32,112 nucleotides of DNA from the IMG/VR virus record IMGVR_UViG_3300044727_000045; one strand, given 5' to 3'. A model generated the notes under the pieces. The model did no database searches and had not been told where the DNA came from. It saw only the letters and a list, made by a program, of their open reading frames with translations. Source of the stretch: an uncultured virus (IMG/VR IMGVR_UViG_3300044727_000045). Taxonomy: Duplodnaviria; Heunggongvirae; Uroviricota; Caudoviricetes. Made by a program: the position numbers and the translations under genes. Positions 32,050-32,112 of this stretch are shown piece by piece; the first letter of the stretch is position 1, and each line of letters begins with the position of its first letter.

Positions 32050-32112
32050 AGTGCATAGTCTGCAAGCAGCCACAATTCGTGGCCCAAACCGAGTTTGACG
32101 TGGTGTGTGGGG
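32046..32112 (+). CDS. Partial CxxC protein running off the window end
   Basis: GTGA coupling; MKCIVCKQPQ... Confidence 0.4.
   Translation, partial: MKCIVCKQPQFVAQTEFDVVCG

Noticed and set aside
1..32112. Stop-codon reassignment
   Set aside because: Conserved genes are intact in code 11, and TAA, TAG and TGA all end genes at coupled junctions

Overview
A 32 kb segment of a large dsDNA bacteriophage genome. Every gene I can support is on the + strand, and there are no structural genes in the window. Left half (1-13.9 kb) is a replication, recombination and DNA-modification module. It contains the C-terminal end of an aGPT-Pplase1-like (amino acid:DNA transferase) protein, DnaE-type Pol III alpha lacking its C-terminal domain, RecA/UvsX, two resolvase-like and one Cas4-like PD-(D/E)XK nucleases, a UvsY-like protein, two GIY-YIG and one degenerate LAGLIDADG endonucleases, a C5 methyltransferase-like protein and a dUMP-hydroxymethylase-like thymidylate synthase homologue. 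Together these suggest thymidine hypermodification. Right half (13.9-32.1 kb) is an early/accessory region of small genes. It is organised as cassettes, each with a repeated sigma70-type promoter (almost always an 18-nt spacer, often holding a palindromic RGAYNRTCN box), usually followed by a 5' hairpin and an RBS. It also has very acidic proteins, a SLOG protein, an SF1 helicase, an HNH endonuclease and a tRNA-Lys(CTT) embedded in an array of unexplained structured-RNA domains. All family assignments come from motif recognition by eye; no searches were run.
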